Below are positions 50,533-64,000 of a stretch of 64,000 bases of DNA, in pieces. A model generated the notes under the pieces. That model did not search any database, was not told where the DNA came from, and saw only the letters and a program-made list of their open reading frames with translations. Within the stretch, counting starts at the first letter, position 1. Every line of letters starts with the position of its first letter. The stretch is from Octopus sinensis (lineage: Eukaryota): NCBI RefSeq assembly GCF_006345805.1, contig NC_043004.1, forward strand, positions 70,866,001 through 70,930,000, written 5' to 3'. Position numbers and translations under genes: made by a program.

Positions 50533-51835
50533 TATATATGATATGAGTGTATAAGTATATACACTTTAAAGATGAGATTAATTGGATTATACAAAGACAC
50601 TTGTTAATAAGACTATGTTAGTGTACATTAGGCTCAGACAAGGCTCTGGTTAAGAAATTCACATCAGGGCCAGAACAGCTAAAGCTAACCAATGCTTTGT
50701 GAGTGAATTTGGAAGACGGAGACTTTATAGAGGTCTCTTGTGTATGTGCATGAGTGTGTTTTTGGTAATGTTTGTTTTTATGTATGGTTTATGTGAAAAA
50801 TATAATATTAATATAGGTGCAGGAGTGGCTGTGTGGTAAGTAGCTTGTTTACCAACCACATGGTTCTAGGTTCAGTCCAACTGCGTGGCACCTTGGGCAA
50901 GTGTCTTCTACTATAGCCTCGGGTCGACCAAAGTCTTATGAGTGGATTTGGTTGACGGAAACTGAAAGAAGCCCATCGTATATATGTATATATGTGTGTG
51001 TGTATATGTTTGTGTGTTTGTGTTAGTTCCCCCAACATTGCTTAACAACCGATGCTGGTGTGTTTATGTCACCGTAACTTAGTGGTTCGGCAAAAGTGAT
51101 CGATAGAATAAGTACTAGGCTTACAAAGAATAAGTCCTGGAATCGATTTGCTCGACTAAAGGCAGTGCTCCAGCATGGCCACAATCAAATGACTGAAACA
51201 AGTAAAAGAGTATAGGTGCAAGTGTGACTGTGGTAAGAAGCTTCTTAACAACATGGTTTTAGGTTCAGTCTCAGACTGACTAAAGCCTTGTGGGTAGATT
51301 TGGTAGATGGAAACTTGAAGAAGCCTGTCATATATGTGCATATATGTATGTATGTATGCATGCATTCATCCCTCCCTCACCACCATTTGACAACTGATGT
51401 TGGTGTGTTTACGACCCCATAATTTAGCAGTTTGGCAAAAGGGTCTGATAGAATAAGTACCAGGCTTCGAAAAACAAGTAAGTACCGGGGTTGATACATT
51501 TGACTAAAAATTCTTCAGGGTAGTGCTCCAGCATGACCAGAGTCTAATGATTGAAACAAGTAAAGAATGTAAAATATTGAAGGCTACGGAATAGATTGAA
51601 ATAGTAAAAAAATTCCAGGCTTCCTTGGATTTTCCCAACATTATTCCTGGTTCTTTCCTCTTCATGTCTTCTCTGTGTCCTTGTCTGTGTACTCTACTTG
51701 CTCTTTGCCTGACCTCTTGCTGCCTTTTGTCTCTGCCTTTTCTCATTTCCTACAAGTTGTAACGCATCTGAACATTGTATACAATAAACTCAACCACAGA
51801 AATTTTTTTTTGCAATGATGTGGCTGTGTTTTAAT

Positions 51836-52058
51836 TTAACCCTTTCGTTACCAACCCGGCTGAAACCACTTCTGTAGTACAAATGTCGTGTTTCCATTAA
51901 TTTTGAGTTAAAATCTTCCAACAAACCTTAGTCACAATTTATGTTCCTAACACTAGCTGAATGATAACTAAGTTATTTTACTAAATTCTCTGTTATATTT
52001 AAAATAACTGAAAGAAACACAGAGCATCTCAAAATATATACAGTAACAAAAGGGTTAA
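51836..52058. mobile_element. TTAA MITE family 1
   Basis: TTAACCCTTTCGTTACC ... GTAACAAAAGGGTTAA. Confidence 0.85.
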
Positions 52059-54947
52059 TAATATTTCTGTTGCATTGCCTTTCATCCTTTTGGGGTCAAT
52101 AAATTAAGTACGAGTTGCATACTGGTGTTGATCTAATCCTAACTCTCTCCCAAAATTTAGGGCCTTGTGCTTAGAGTAGAAAAGAATATTTCTGTTGCAT
52201 ATAACAGACTTTTATTCAGTTGGGCAGCTGTTTGCAATGCTAGTGAATTAGTTAACCCTGTTTTTCCATATATATATATATCTATTTACATGCCTTTAAG
52301 CTTTCTTTCCACTCATCTATCACACTATATTTCTCCACTCTTAATTTTCTTTCAATTTCTTTCTTTCTCCTCCTTCTCTTTGACATTAAATCTATTAACG
52401 GTTTTTAAAAAAATAACTTGCCAGTGTTCCCTTCATCATATACACAGTAATCACATTCGGTTAAAATGACTTATTGATAGGTTTTGTTTTTCCTTTTTCC
52501 CTGATGACATTGTTTTACATCATTTTATTCTCTCAGGAATAATACCGATGTTTTTTTTTTAAACATATGTCGGAAGTATAAAGATTTGAATAACACCTGC
52601 GTTTAACTCCATTTCTTAATCTCTCTCTCTCTCTCTCTCTCTCTTATATATATAATAATAATATATAAATATATGCATATATACATACATATATGTACAT
52701 ACCTACATATATATGTATGCTTATGATTGAGTTTACGTCATTGACAAGACCCAATGAGGCCAAAATGCATTTGGCTCTCTTGTTAGCCACTGCTTTCATA
52801 ATGCTGTTACAGAATATTGGAAATGAATAACACTGTATGGTGGTGACACTCGTTTACGACCATCACATGATATTAAGACAAGGTGACACATTCACACACA
52901 CACACACACCTACACATGGACCCACATGCATGCACATGTACATGTATATATGCCTGTATACATACACACATGTACACACACACACACACACACACATGCA
53001 CACGCACACACATCAGCGAGCATCATTCTATTCCCAACTACCCAATCCACTCACTAGGCTTCTGTTGGTCCATGGTTATAGCAGAAGCCATTTGTCTAAA
53101 GTGCCATGCAGTAGTAGGACTGAACCCAGAACCATATGGTTGGAAAGCAAACTTCTTACCACACATGGACGTCTGCACCATCAATAAAGAAAAGAAAAAA
53201 AGGGAAGGCTGTTCAATATTACTCTATTTCACTTGTTTCAGTCATTTGACTGCGGCCATGCTGGAGCACCGCCTTTAGTCGAGCACATCAACCCCAGGAC
53301 TTATTCTTTGTAGGCCTGATACTTATTGTATTGGTCTCTTTTGCCGAACTGCCAAGTTACGGGGACGTAAACACACCAGCATCGGTTGTCAAGCGATGTT
53401 GGAGGGGGGACAAACACAGACACACAAACATACACACAGATACACACACACACACACATATATACATATGACGGGCTTCTTTCAGTTTCCATCTACCAAA
53501 TCCACTCACAAGGCTTTGGTCGGCCTGAGGCTATTGTAGAAGACACTTGCCCAAGGTGCTACGCAGTGGGACTGAACCTGGAACCATGTGGTTGGTAAGC
53601 AAGCTACTTACCACACAGCCAATCCTATGCCTAGGAGTTGCGTTTAAACCAGTGATCCCCAAGCCTTTTAAACCATCAACCCCTTCACGGAATCCTTGAC
53701 CCCTCATTGACCCCTAGGCATGTACAAAAAAAAAATAATAATAATAATAAAGTAGATGTGCATTTCCCGACCCCTTGAATAGTCCCATCGCTCCACTGGG
53801 GTCGATATTGGATGCCCCTGGACTAAACGAACAAAGAAAAAAAGATGGGATGGAACACCATCACAAACGTACTTCATCAGCTCCGACCTACAGTTAAACA
53901 AGTCATCATCATCATCATATACTTGTCCCAAAAATAAATATCTGCTGTTCTATAGAGAGAAGCGAAAGAAAATGAGTTGAGTATCTTGTCGAAGGACACT
54001 GTATTGCCGCTGGAATTTAATTACAATCTCGCATCATGCAAACTCGGCAAGGGAGATTACTCTTCAGATTGATGCAAGGGAAACAACTCATCTTAATCTA
54101 TGCGGAGAGAATCCTGGATTTCCTTCTTTGATGTGTTAAAAACGTCAGCGAAATCTTTCTCAAAATTGCGCGATGACTTAGTTTAAAGGGAAGACGACTT
54201 GCGCACAGCCAACCTCATTCTCCCGACGGTAAGACCAAATCAAGATGACTAGCAATACAGATAAATACAATGGATCACAAACCAAGACATCTTATTTGCT
54301 TCGTTTTGGTCCATACTAAATTCACTAACAAAGTATTGGTCAGCCCGAGGGTATATTGCCCAAGATATTGCGCATTGGAACTGAACCCGAAACCATATAG
54401 CTGCATGGTTGCAATGCGGGTTTCTTAAGCACACAGACATAGAACAGAATCTAGCATTAAATGCACAGGAAAACTAACAAATGTCACAAAAAAGACTTTT
54501 CCATTCTTCCTGAGTGCTACATCTGCTTGTTGTTCCTGCACCTGTCTTCATCTTTTGTTGTCTGTAAATCTGAACCACACACACACACACACACACACAC
54601 ACAATTTAGGGTATAAAAAATATATACCAGCTATGCTAGAAAGAAGAGTCAACTCTCCAGAGCTACATATTTCTCACTATAAACAAAACATGTACAGTTA
54701 ATGTAGCAAATATAAGAAAAAATAGCTCTTACCTTTGCAGAAACACAAAGAAAAGTACAGTTATCTCAGCATCAATTGATTTCACCTTTAATGCCAAACA
54801 CTTTGGATCATCAGCCGAGCTTACTGCAAATAACTATTTTTTTTCAAAATATACGCACCACACCCTAAATATTTATCTATATTGGTGAAGCTTGCTGACC
54901 ACTTTATTATTATTATCTTTAATAATAATAATGATATCTTATTTTAT

Positions 54948-55292
54948 AATAATAATAATAATAATGAAATTATTGTATACAGTGCTCAGGTGCACCACAA
55001 CTTGTCAGAAAGTGCATATAAAGTACATGCAGTAATGTAGAAATGTCTGGAAAGTGAACAATGTATGAGTCAGATACATGCTTGTGTGTGTATGGAGGGG
55101 AGAAAATCAAGTGTAGTGTTGGCGAATCTCAGGAAGCATGGAAGTCTTGAAGGATGCAGTGCTCCGACAACTAACAACCGATGCCGGCAGTTTGTTCCAC
55201 GCTTCAGCAGCTCTCAGCGTGAACAAATGTTTCCTGAAGTCATGGGAGCTGTGCTGTTTTCTTACTTTGTAAATATGTCCACGGGTGTTAGA
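54948..55292 (-). mobile_element. CR1-clade LINE 3' end
   Basis: Minus strand reads NTRGHIYKV..FRKHLFTLRAAEAWNKLPASVV..SFK, the typical CR1 C-terminus, with an (ATT)n tail. Confidence 0.8.
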
Positions 55293-55920
55293 TGGGTGGA
55301 GTTTGTATGTTTACACAGACACATGACAGGCTTCTTTCAGTTTCCGTCTACCAAATCTACACATGAGGCTTTGGTTGGCTTGAGGCTATAATAGAAGACA
55401 CTTGCACAAGGTACCAAACAATGGGACTGAACCTGGAACCATGTGATTGGGAAGACAGCTTCTTGCCACACGAATTTCTTTCTTCTTTTGTTTATTGAAA
55501 AGAGTGTCTTCCCTCAAATAGTTGTGTTTGTTTCACCCAGGGTCATACCACTGAGCAGAACTACTACCAAAGTAATTTTGCCCACAACCATCTTGTCATT
55601 TTCACAGGCATTGTGCATTTGGACCTACATTATTCAATGTGTTCCTCCATCAGACACTAAGTTTTAGATTGAAGGAATATTGCTTACTATTTCTAGCTGA
55701 TTGTATGATCCACACATTGTTTCTCATTGGCTTTTAAGAATTTTGATATTTATGGAATGAGCTGTATCGAAGTGGATCATTAGCATATTTGGATAAATGT
55801 TGAGGTAATTGTTCTGGCGCTAAATGTTCTGAGTTCAAGTCCTGCTGAGGTCCACTTTGCCTGGTATTTACTCAGGGTTCTTCAAATAAAGTACTCGTTA
55901 AAGTACCAGTTTAATATCAA

Positions 55921-57068
55921 TGGAAGGCTAACTGGGAAGATAGTTTTTGTGTGTGGCAAATGCTCAGGGGCAATAGACACTGAAATAGTGCAGAAAACAG
56001 CTTCCATCACGTTTCAGGGGAAAAAAAACTACAAGTAGTTGATAGCTTTCATTACCTAGGTGACCAAGTCAGTAGTAGGGGTGGATGCTCTGAGAGTGTA
56101 GCTGCTAGAATAAGAATAACCTGGGCGAAGTTCAGAGAGCTCCTATGATAGCTGGTGACAAAGGGCCTCTCACTCAGTAAAAGGTAGACTGTATGACACA
56201 TGTGCAAACAGCCATGCTACATGGCAGAGAAACATGGACCGTGACTGCTGAGGACACGTGTAAGCTTACAAGGAATGAAGCTAGTATGCTCCTCTGGATG
56301 TGTAATGTCAGTGTGTATACACGCCAATGTAAGCACCCTGAGAGAAAAGTTGGTCATAAGAAGCATCAGATGTGGTGTTCAAGAGAGACAACTGCGCTGG
56401 TATGGTTAGTGTTGCATTTGGATGAGGACAGCTGTGTGAAAAAGTATCATACCCTAACAGTAGAGGGATCCTGTGGAAGAGGCACACCCAGAAGACCTGG
56501 GATGAGGTGTTGAAGCACAACCATTGAGGCGATGACAAGTGACTGAGACCTTTGGAGATATCCTGTGCTTAAGAAGACCCAGCGAGCCAAGTGAGACCAT
56601 AACCAGTGCAGCATAACCAGCCCATTTAAGAGTACCCTTCAATCATTGGGCAATAAACTGCTCTTGTGAAGACCTGTTGAGGCAAGTGAAGTCATCGTCG
56701 TGGCTGATGACAGTACCGCCTGATTGGCATCTGTGCCAGTGGCACGTAAAAAGCACCATTCGAGCATGGTTGATGCCAGTGTTGCCTGACTGGATCCCTT
56801 GCCAGTGAACATAAAAAGCACCATGTGAGCATGGTTGATGCCAGTGCTGGCTGGCTGGTCCCGTGCTGGTGGCATGTAAAAAGCACCCACTACACTCTTG
56901 GAGTGGTTGGTATTAGGAAGGGTTGTAGAAACATTGCCAGATTGGATTGGAGCCTGGTGCAGCCTTCTGGCTTGCCAGCCCTCAGTGAAACCGTCCAACC
57001 CATGCCAGCATGGAAAGCAGACATTTAACGACAATGATGATGATAATGATGATGATAATAATGATGAT
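55921..57068 (+). mobile_element. RTE-clade LINE 3' part with 3' UTR and (GAT)n tail
   Basis: VDSFHYLGDQVSSRGGCSESVAARIRITWAKFREL, AMLHGRETW and GTPRRP, then GGCACGTAAAAAGCACC repeats and a CCAACCCATGCCAGCATGGAAA..(GAT)n end. Confidence 0.85.
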
Positions 57069-57329
57069 TGTTAGGGAACTGGGTTGGTGGAATCAGCAGA
57101 GCATAGAACAAAATACCTTGTAGTGTTTGTTCTGGTTTCAATTCCTGCTGAGGTCAACTTTTCTTTCATATTTTTGGGATCGATAAAATAAAGTAACAAT
57201 CAAGTATTGAGCTCAATTAACTTTCAAATCCCTAAAAATGCCAGCCTAAAATTATAAACAATTATTCTTATTATTCCCTCATTTTATATCTACTGTTTTC
57301 TATGTCTGTCTGTCTGTCTCTCTCTCCAG

Positions 57330-57508
57330 ATGTCGGGAAGCCAATGCGCATAAGCTTTATCCATGGATCCACCAGTGGATTAACAACAAAACTTCAGCTG
57401 ACCAGATTGAACCGGTCAGCTTTCCTGATGTGAATCCTGCTGATCTCCCAGCCAATTCCAATTTTTCCATGGCTGCTGGTGACTTTTTAGAAGTATATAC
57501 GGAACCAA
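57330..57508 (+). CDS. CARNMT1: CARNMT1 internal coding exon C
   Basis: CTCTCTCCAG acceptor, GTAAGT donor at 57509. AA+A gives Lys, then [59 protein letters not shown], containing the YPWIH, FPDV and FSMxAGDF motifs. Confidence 0.96.
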
Positions 57509-57875
57509 GTAAGTAACTGTTTGTTCTTTAACCCTAAAACATTTAAACTGGCCCTGTGCGGCCCTTCTATTCTATCGTGTTATATTTAGCCTTTTAGCAT
57601 TCAAATTTCATTGTCAACTGGTCTTATGGCGGTCAGTTGAAGGAAGAATCAACAGAAGAAAACATCTAACCTATGTGGACAACTTGTTTCCACATAGGTT
57701 AACAGATAGGCGTAGGAATGGCCGTGTGGTAATTAGCTTGCTTACCAACCACATGGTTCCAAGTTCAGTCCCACTGTATGGCACCTTGGGCAAGTGTCTT
57801 CTACTATAGCCTCGGGCTATAGTAGAAGCCTTGTGAGTGGATTTGGTAGACAGCAACTGAAAGAAGCCCATCGTG

Positions 57876-57914
<39 letters not shown>

Positions 57915-58194
57915 TATATACACACACATGTATGATGTGTGTGTGTATATGTTTGTGTGTCTGTGTTTGTTCCCCCAACATCGCTTAACAACTAATGCTG
58001 GTGTGTTTACCTCCCCGTATCTTAGTAGTTTGGCAAAAGAAACTGATAGAATAAGTACTAGGCTTACAAAGAATAAGTCCTGGGGTTGATTTGCTCGACT
58101 AAAGGCGGTGCTATAGCATGGCCACAGTCACGTGATTGAAACAAGTAGAAGAGTTGATTAAGAACATGCAGGGGTGGGGTGCGTGATGTGTGAC

Positions 58195-58877
58195 ATGTTT
58201 GCATGAAATCATTGAAGCATCTGCGAGGATGGTCAAACTCTACTGTCTACAGCAGTGAAACATGGGCTGTGACCATTGAAGGCTGAAAGAAATGAAGGTA
58301 GTCTGCTTTGCTGTGTGTGCAGTGTCTGTGTGCATGTAGGACAGAGTGTAAGCATCTCGAGAGAAGAATTGGGCTTAAGAGGCATCACGTGTGCAAGAGA
58401 AATGACTGCCCTGGTATGGCCATGTGATGTGTATGAATGAGGACAGCTGTGTAAACAAGTGCCAACCGCTAACTGTGGAGGGCACCTGTGGAAAAGGTAG
58501 ACCCAGTAAGACATGGGATGAGGTGATGAAGCATGATCTTTGAATGTTGGGCCTCATGGAGGCAATGGCAAGTGACCAAGACCTTTGATGATATGCTGTG
58601 CTTGAGAAGACCCATGAAGCCACGTGAAATCATAGTCATGGCTGGTGCTGGTGTCGTGCAGCTGGCACCCGTACTGGTGGCACATGAAAGGAGTTGTGCC
58701 AGTGACATGTAAAAAGCATCCATTATGCTCTTGAAGTGGTTGGCATTAGGCAGGGCATCCGACCTTGTGAAATCAGACTGGAACCTGGTGTGGGTCTCTG
58801 GCTTCCATGTTCCAGTCAAACCGTCTAACTCATGCCAGCATAAGAAAGCAGACGCTAAATGATGACAATGATGATGA
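58195..58877 (+). mobile_element. RTE LINE 3' fragment
   Basis: Homologous to 56200-57068 (WYGHV, GRPSKTWDEV), with the same 3' UTR. Confidence 0.75.
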
Positions 58878-60506
58878 CAAATGGTTTGAATCAATCACAC
58901 TTTATCTCATAGCTTTGAGATTTCAGTGATGTGTTTGTATATATGTTTGTATATACTAGAATGACATTGCAAGGTAAGTGTGAGAGATTGGAGCTGGTCA
59001 GTTTTAACATAAAACAGGTAGAATAGGTAGAAAAAAACAGGTGGATTAAATATTAAAAGGTTTATCCAGTCAGATTGGGTCTCTTACACCTACCTGATGA
59101 TATTCTAAAAATAAACAATTACATTATTGAAATCTTGTAGCTTTGAGATCATACGAGATAAAGCCATCTCTACGTAAATACGATTATAAATGCTGTGAGA
59201 TTTTCAACAGTGCCTGGTTTGGTTTATTTGAAGTGGAAATAATGTTTTTTTTTTATTTTTATTACTGATACGGCTTCAACTAGAAGTTTAGAATTTGAAA
59301 GATTTATACTTGAAGACTTAAAAATGTAAAAATAAATGAAATAACAGCAACTTTGGCTGGATCAGATAACGATGTTTCTGAATTTGAGCCTGATGAGGAA
59401 GAGTATTTTGATAGTGAAAGTGATGAAGATCTTCAAGATGCCCTTCAAAAATATTATGGCAACATGGTTGAACGATACAACACCAATGTATATATATTCT
59501 TGATTTTATTGAAAATACATAATTCTGAACCATTGATATTTCAACGACTGTTGACAAAATTCCGAGTCTGCAGGTAAAGAATTAACAAAGTTTCAAACCA
59601 ATATTTTTGATAGGTGCAGGCATGGTTTGTGGTAAGAAGCTTGCTTCACAACCACATAGGTTCAGGTTCAGTCCTACTGCATGGCACCTTGGGCAAGTGA
59701 TTTCTACTGTAGCTAACCAAAGCCATGTGAGTGGATTTGATAGATGGAAATTGAAAGGAGCCCATCATATATATATATATATATATACATAATGTACTTA
59801 TCTGTGTGTGTCTGTCTTTGTGTTTCTCTCCAAAACCACTCGACCACCAGGTGCTTGTTTGTTTACATCCCCTAACCTAGTGGTTCGACAAAAGAGACTG
59901 ATAGAATAAGTGCCAGGCTTAAAAAAAAAAAAACAGTACCAGGGCTGATGTATTTGACTAAAAAAAAAAAATTCTTCAAAGTGCTGCCCCAGCATGGCCA
60001 CAGTCTGATGACTGACACAAGTAAAAGATACCTGTTTTGGACTTGATTAATTGAAAACAATGTGAATAAACAAGCCTTACATTTGATTGAGGAATCGAAA
60101 TGCTAAACGGTTAAGCTATCTCTTCTAACGAGGCACTGTGGCTGTGGTGTTAAGGTGCTGCGTTTATCACTGCTGTGGCAGGGTTTCAAACCTGGCTGTA
60201 GTCATTGTTTAGTTTCCTTGTAAAGTGTCAGGCAAGTTGTTGAGACTTTTTGAAGCCATACTTAAACTAATTTCACGGGCTGTTTTGCTAAATGCTATCT
60301 GTGCTTTTTGGAAAGGCATGAATGCCATGTAATCTCCTATTTTTCTCTTTTATGAATCTGAGGCCCTGTGTTTGTAGCACCCAAACCTGCTTAGTTTTAT
60401 GAAATGTGTGTGTGTGTGTGTGTATATATATATACAGATTTAGGAGGGACTTGATGTAAATTATGTGTATATGAATATGTGTGTAAATATGTGCTGTGTG
60501 CGTGTG

Positions 60507-60607
<101 letters not shown>

Positions 60608-60691
60608 CATACATACATACATACATATATTTCTGTTTATAATATAAACATATTTTAGTATGGTGTGTGTGTTACATGTTTGTGCAATGGA

Positions 60692-60727
<36 letters not shown>

Positions 60728-61505
60728 TTATATATATACATATGTATATATTTGAGTTTATAATATAAACATATTTTTGTGTAGTGTATGTTACATGTTT
60801 GTGTGAAGAAAATATATATGTATATATATACATATATATGCACACACTCAGGCATATATGTAGATATATATATATATATGTATATACACACACACACACA
60901 TATATATATGTATGTATTGATGTATATAAATATGTGTATAGCTGCTGTATCTAGTGATGAGATGATTCTCACCGTTCCACCTCCTACCTGTGCCCACAAA
61001 TATGTCAGGTGCAGAGATATGACTTGTCAAATATATATAAAGTCTTTAATTGTGCAAGTTGTCATCGTCATCACCACCACCACCACCACCATCATCTTCA
61101 CCGTCATCTTCACCGTCATCACAAGCGGCAACAGCAGCAAGTGTTTGCTTTCGTCCAATCTCTGACTATATTCTGTTTCACCATTCCTGCGTACGCACGC
61201 ACGCACGCATGTATGTATGTATGTATGTGTGTGTGTGGCATTCCTAAACAGCAACAACAACAACAACAGCAGCAGTAATATAAGGAAGTGATTTTTCTAT
61301 GGCTCCAGTATCCCTGTCATATTTACATTTATTTTTGGTAAGAGGAATATTGGAATAAATTTAATGGCATGTGACATAAACATCCACTTGAAGAGAGACT
61401 TTTGAAAAGATGTCTGCTTCTAATGTGGGATTAAATTCTTCAGATGGTTTAGTGGAATGGTAAGGATAGCAGAGCCTTGTGGTTTTTAGTTCATATTCCT
61501 CACTG

Positions 61506-61825
61506 AAGGCACATGGCTTAATGGTTAGAGTGCTGGGCTCACAATCATTAGGTAATGAGTTCGATTCCCGGACCAGGTTGTGTGTTGTGCTCTTGAGCAA
61601 GACACTTTATTTCTCGCTGCTCCAGTTCACTCTGCTTTAGAATTGAGTTGTGACATCACTGGTACCAAGCTGTATCGGCCTTTGCCTTTCAGTGGCACGG
61701 AGAGGGGAGGCTGGTTTGCATGAGTGACTGGTGGTCTTCCATAAACAACCTTGCCCAGACTTGTGCCTCAGAGGGTAACTTTCTAGGTGCAATCCCATGG
61801 TCATTCATAACTGAAGGGGGTCTTT
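61506..61825 (+). mobile_element. tRNA-derived SINE family C (CAC anticodon-like head)
   Basis: TGGCTTAATGGTTAGAG (A box), CTCACAA loop, GAGTTCGATTCC (B box), CTTGAGCAAGACACTT core. Copies at about 31417-31910 and 62369-62535. Related heads on the minus strand at about 25900-26222 and 30335-30625. Confidence 0.8.
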
Positions 61826-61846
61826 ATATATATATATGTGTGTAAC

Positions 61847-62296
61847 ACATGTTCTTGGACTAACTTCTAGCTGTTTTGCAATGTCAGAAGCCTCTGGACA
61901 GAGTTCTTTTTCCACAATTCTCTTCAAACAGCGAAGCTTCCTTTCCGAGGGCCCAGGTCAGCTGGGATATGAATCAGTTGATTCTTTTCCTTGGCTTTTG
62001 AATTGCACTATAATTCTATTAACAGTAGCAAGAGGAATTTGAAGATTTTCTGCAATTTTTTGGTGTCTGGTTTTAACTAGCCTCAGGTTGCCCAACAATA
62101 TGACCCCTTTGAAAATCTGACAGTTCTGCTGAATATTTTGTGCGTGGCATGGTTACTCTTTACAAATGTTTAATATAATGGCAGCTGGAATGAAAAAGAA
62201 TAATTACATTGTAGATTCTACATTGCTGAAAACATATCAAGACGCTCAGATCAGAAATTTTGAAAATTAAAGGTGTCTATTTACTTCCTGCATGTG
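61847..62296 (-). mobile_element. Tc1-like transposase 5' fragment
   Basis: Reverse strand from the ATG at 62150 reads MPRTKYSAELSDFQKG...IAENLQIPLATVNRIIVQF...ASDIAKQLEVSPRT, a paired-like HTH with disruptions. Confidence 0.7.
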
Positions 62297-62302
62297 TATG
62301 TA

Positions 62303-62367
<65 letters not shown>

Positions 62368-62824
62368 TGAAGGCGCATGGGTCAGTGGTTAGAGCATCAA
62401 GCTCACAATCATGAGGTAGTGAGTTCAATTCCTGGACAGAGCTGCATGTTGTGTCCTTGAGCAAGACACTTTATTTCACGTTGCTCCAGTCCACTCAGCT
62501 GTGGAAATGAGTTGTGACGTCACTGGTGCCAAGCTGGTTGATTACACTGACCCCAGTATTCAACTGGTATTTATTTCATTGACCCTGAAAGCATGGAACG
62601 CAAAGTCGACCTGGGTGGAACTTGAACTCGACGTAAAGACGGACGAAATGCCACTGAGAAATTTTGTCTGGCATGCTAATGATTCTGCTAATGATTCTGC
62701 TAATGATTCTGCTAGCTTGACACCCGACTGATATTGAACATTAATTATATTTAGTAATTAGTCAAGAAAACTGAATGCTTAATAGAGAGGAGGAGAAGGA
62801 GAAGATGTAGGAAGTATTGTCTCT

Positions 62825-64000
62825 GCTGATAATAATAATAATGATGATGATGATGGTGGTGGTGGCAGTTGTGATAATGACGATGGTGATGGTCAATGTG
62901 ATGATGATTGTGGTGGTTGTGATGGCAATAATGATTGCAGTGGTGGTGGCGACTGCAATGACGGTGGAGGTGGTAGTAAAGTAGAAGTGTGCTGATTGTG
63001 ATGACGACGATGATGATGGTGGTGGTGGTGGTGGCAGAGGTGGCTGCGGTGATGGTGTTGGTTTGTGATTGTGATGATAAATGTGATGATGATGATGATG
63101 CTGTATGATGTAAGTAATAATAATAGTGATGGTTGTAGTTGTGGTGGTGGTGGTGGTGATGATGATTATGATGGCGAAGGCAGTGTGCTGTTGGTGGTGT
63201 TCACAGTAGTGCCAATGGTGGTGGTGGCAGCGGCATGGTGGTAGTGGTGGTGTTGGTGGCAATAATTTTGGTTGCGATTCTGATAATTATAGTTGTGATG
63301 GTGATTATGATGATGGTGATGATGGTGATGGTGTTATGATGATGGTGAAGGTGGCGGTGACGTGAATGGTGGTTTGGATTGCGATAATGAGGATGGCCAT
63401 GATAAAGCTGATGGCAAGGGTAATGACACTGAAGATAATAATAGGGTAGCATCATAGCGTACGGATGAAGATGGGGATGATGATGATGATGATGATGATG
63501 ATCATCATCATCATGGTCGTGGTGGTGGTAGTGAAGATGATTGTGGTGGTGATGGTGGTGGTGTTGGTGGTGGTGGTGGTGGTGATGGTGGTGGTTAGTG
63601 GTGGTGGTGATGGTGGTGGTGGTGGTGATGATGATGGTGGTGGTGATGATGATGGTGGTGGTGGTGGTGATAGTGGTGGTTAGTGGTGGTGGTTGGTGGT
63701 GGTGGTGATGATGATGGTGGTGGTGATGATGATGGTGGTGGTGGTGGTGATAGTGGTGGTTAGTGGTGGTGGTTAGTGGTGGTGATGATGGTGGTTAGTG
63801 GTGGTGGTGATGATAGTTGTGGTGGTGCTGGTGATGGTGTTGGTGGTGATAGTGGTGGTGGTTGTGGTAGTGGTTATGATGATGGTGGTGGTGGTGATGA
63901 TGATGGTTGTGGTGGTGGTGGTGATGATGATGGTAGTTGTAATGGTGGTGGTGATGATGATGATGGTTGTGGTGGTGGTGGCAGTGTGGTGATGATAATG
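62825..64000. repeat. Long degenerate (GGT/GAT)n tract
   Basis: More than 1.1 kb of GGT/GAT/GTT triplets, with an internal ~63-bp duplication around 63590-63770. Confidence 0.95.

Overview
Eukaryotic, AT-rich, repeat-dense genomic DNA. The SINE/LINE/MITE repertoire looks like a coleoid cephalopod, probably an octopus (inference). The only host-gene sequence I can support is three internal + strand exons of a carnosine N-methyltransferase 1 (CARNMT1/C9orf41) orthologue: 13424 or 13445-13614, 46186-46326 and 57330-57508. They splice in frame across introns of about 32.6 kb and 11.0 kb, and the gene start and end lie outside the window. Almost all listed ORFs are microsatellite or transposon artefacts. 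The introns contain tRNA-derived SINEs, RTE, CR1 and R4/Dong-like LINE fragments, Tc1/mariner relics, TTAA (piggyBac-type) MITEs, Helitron/Helentron-type elements, minisatellites and a near-identical 1.9 kb tandem duplication. The most notable signal is a set of fold-back (palindromic) elements carrying type I minimal hammerhead ribozyme motifs. One family joins a tRNA-like Pol III head, an (AAT)n spacer and a hammerhead in head-to-head dimers (two copies, about 9.0-9.6 kb and 34.2-34.7 kb). A second, unrelated hammerhead sits in an 83-bp perfect hairpin at about 33.2-33.45 kb. Repeat boundaries were read by eye and are approximate unless stated.
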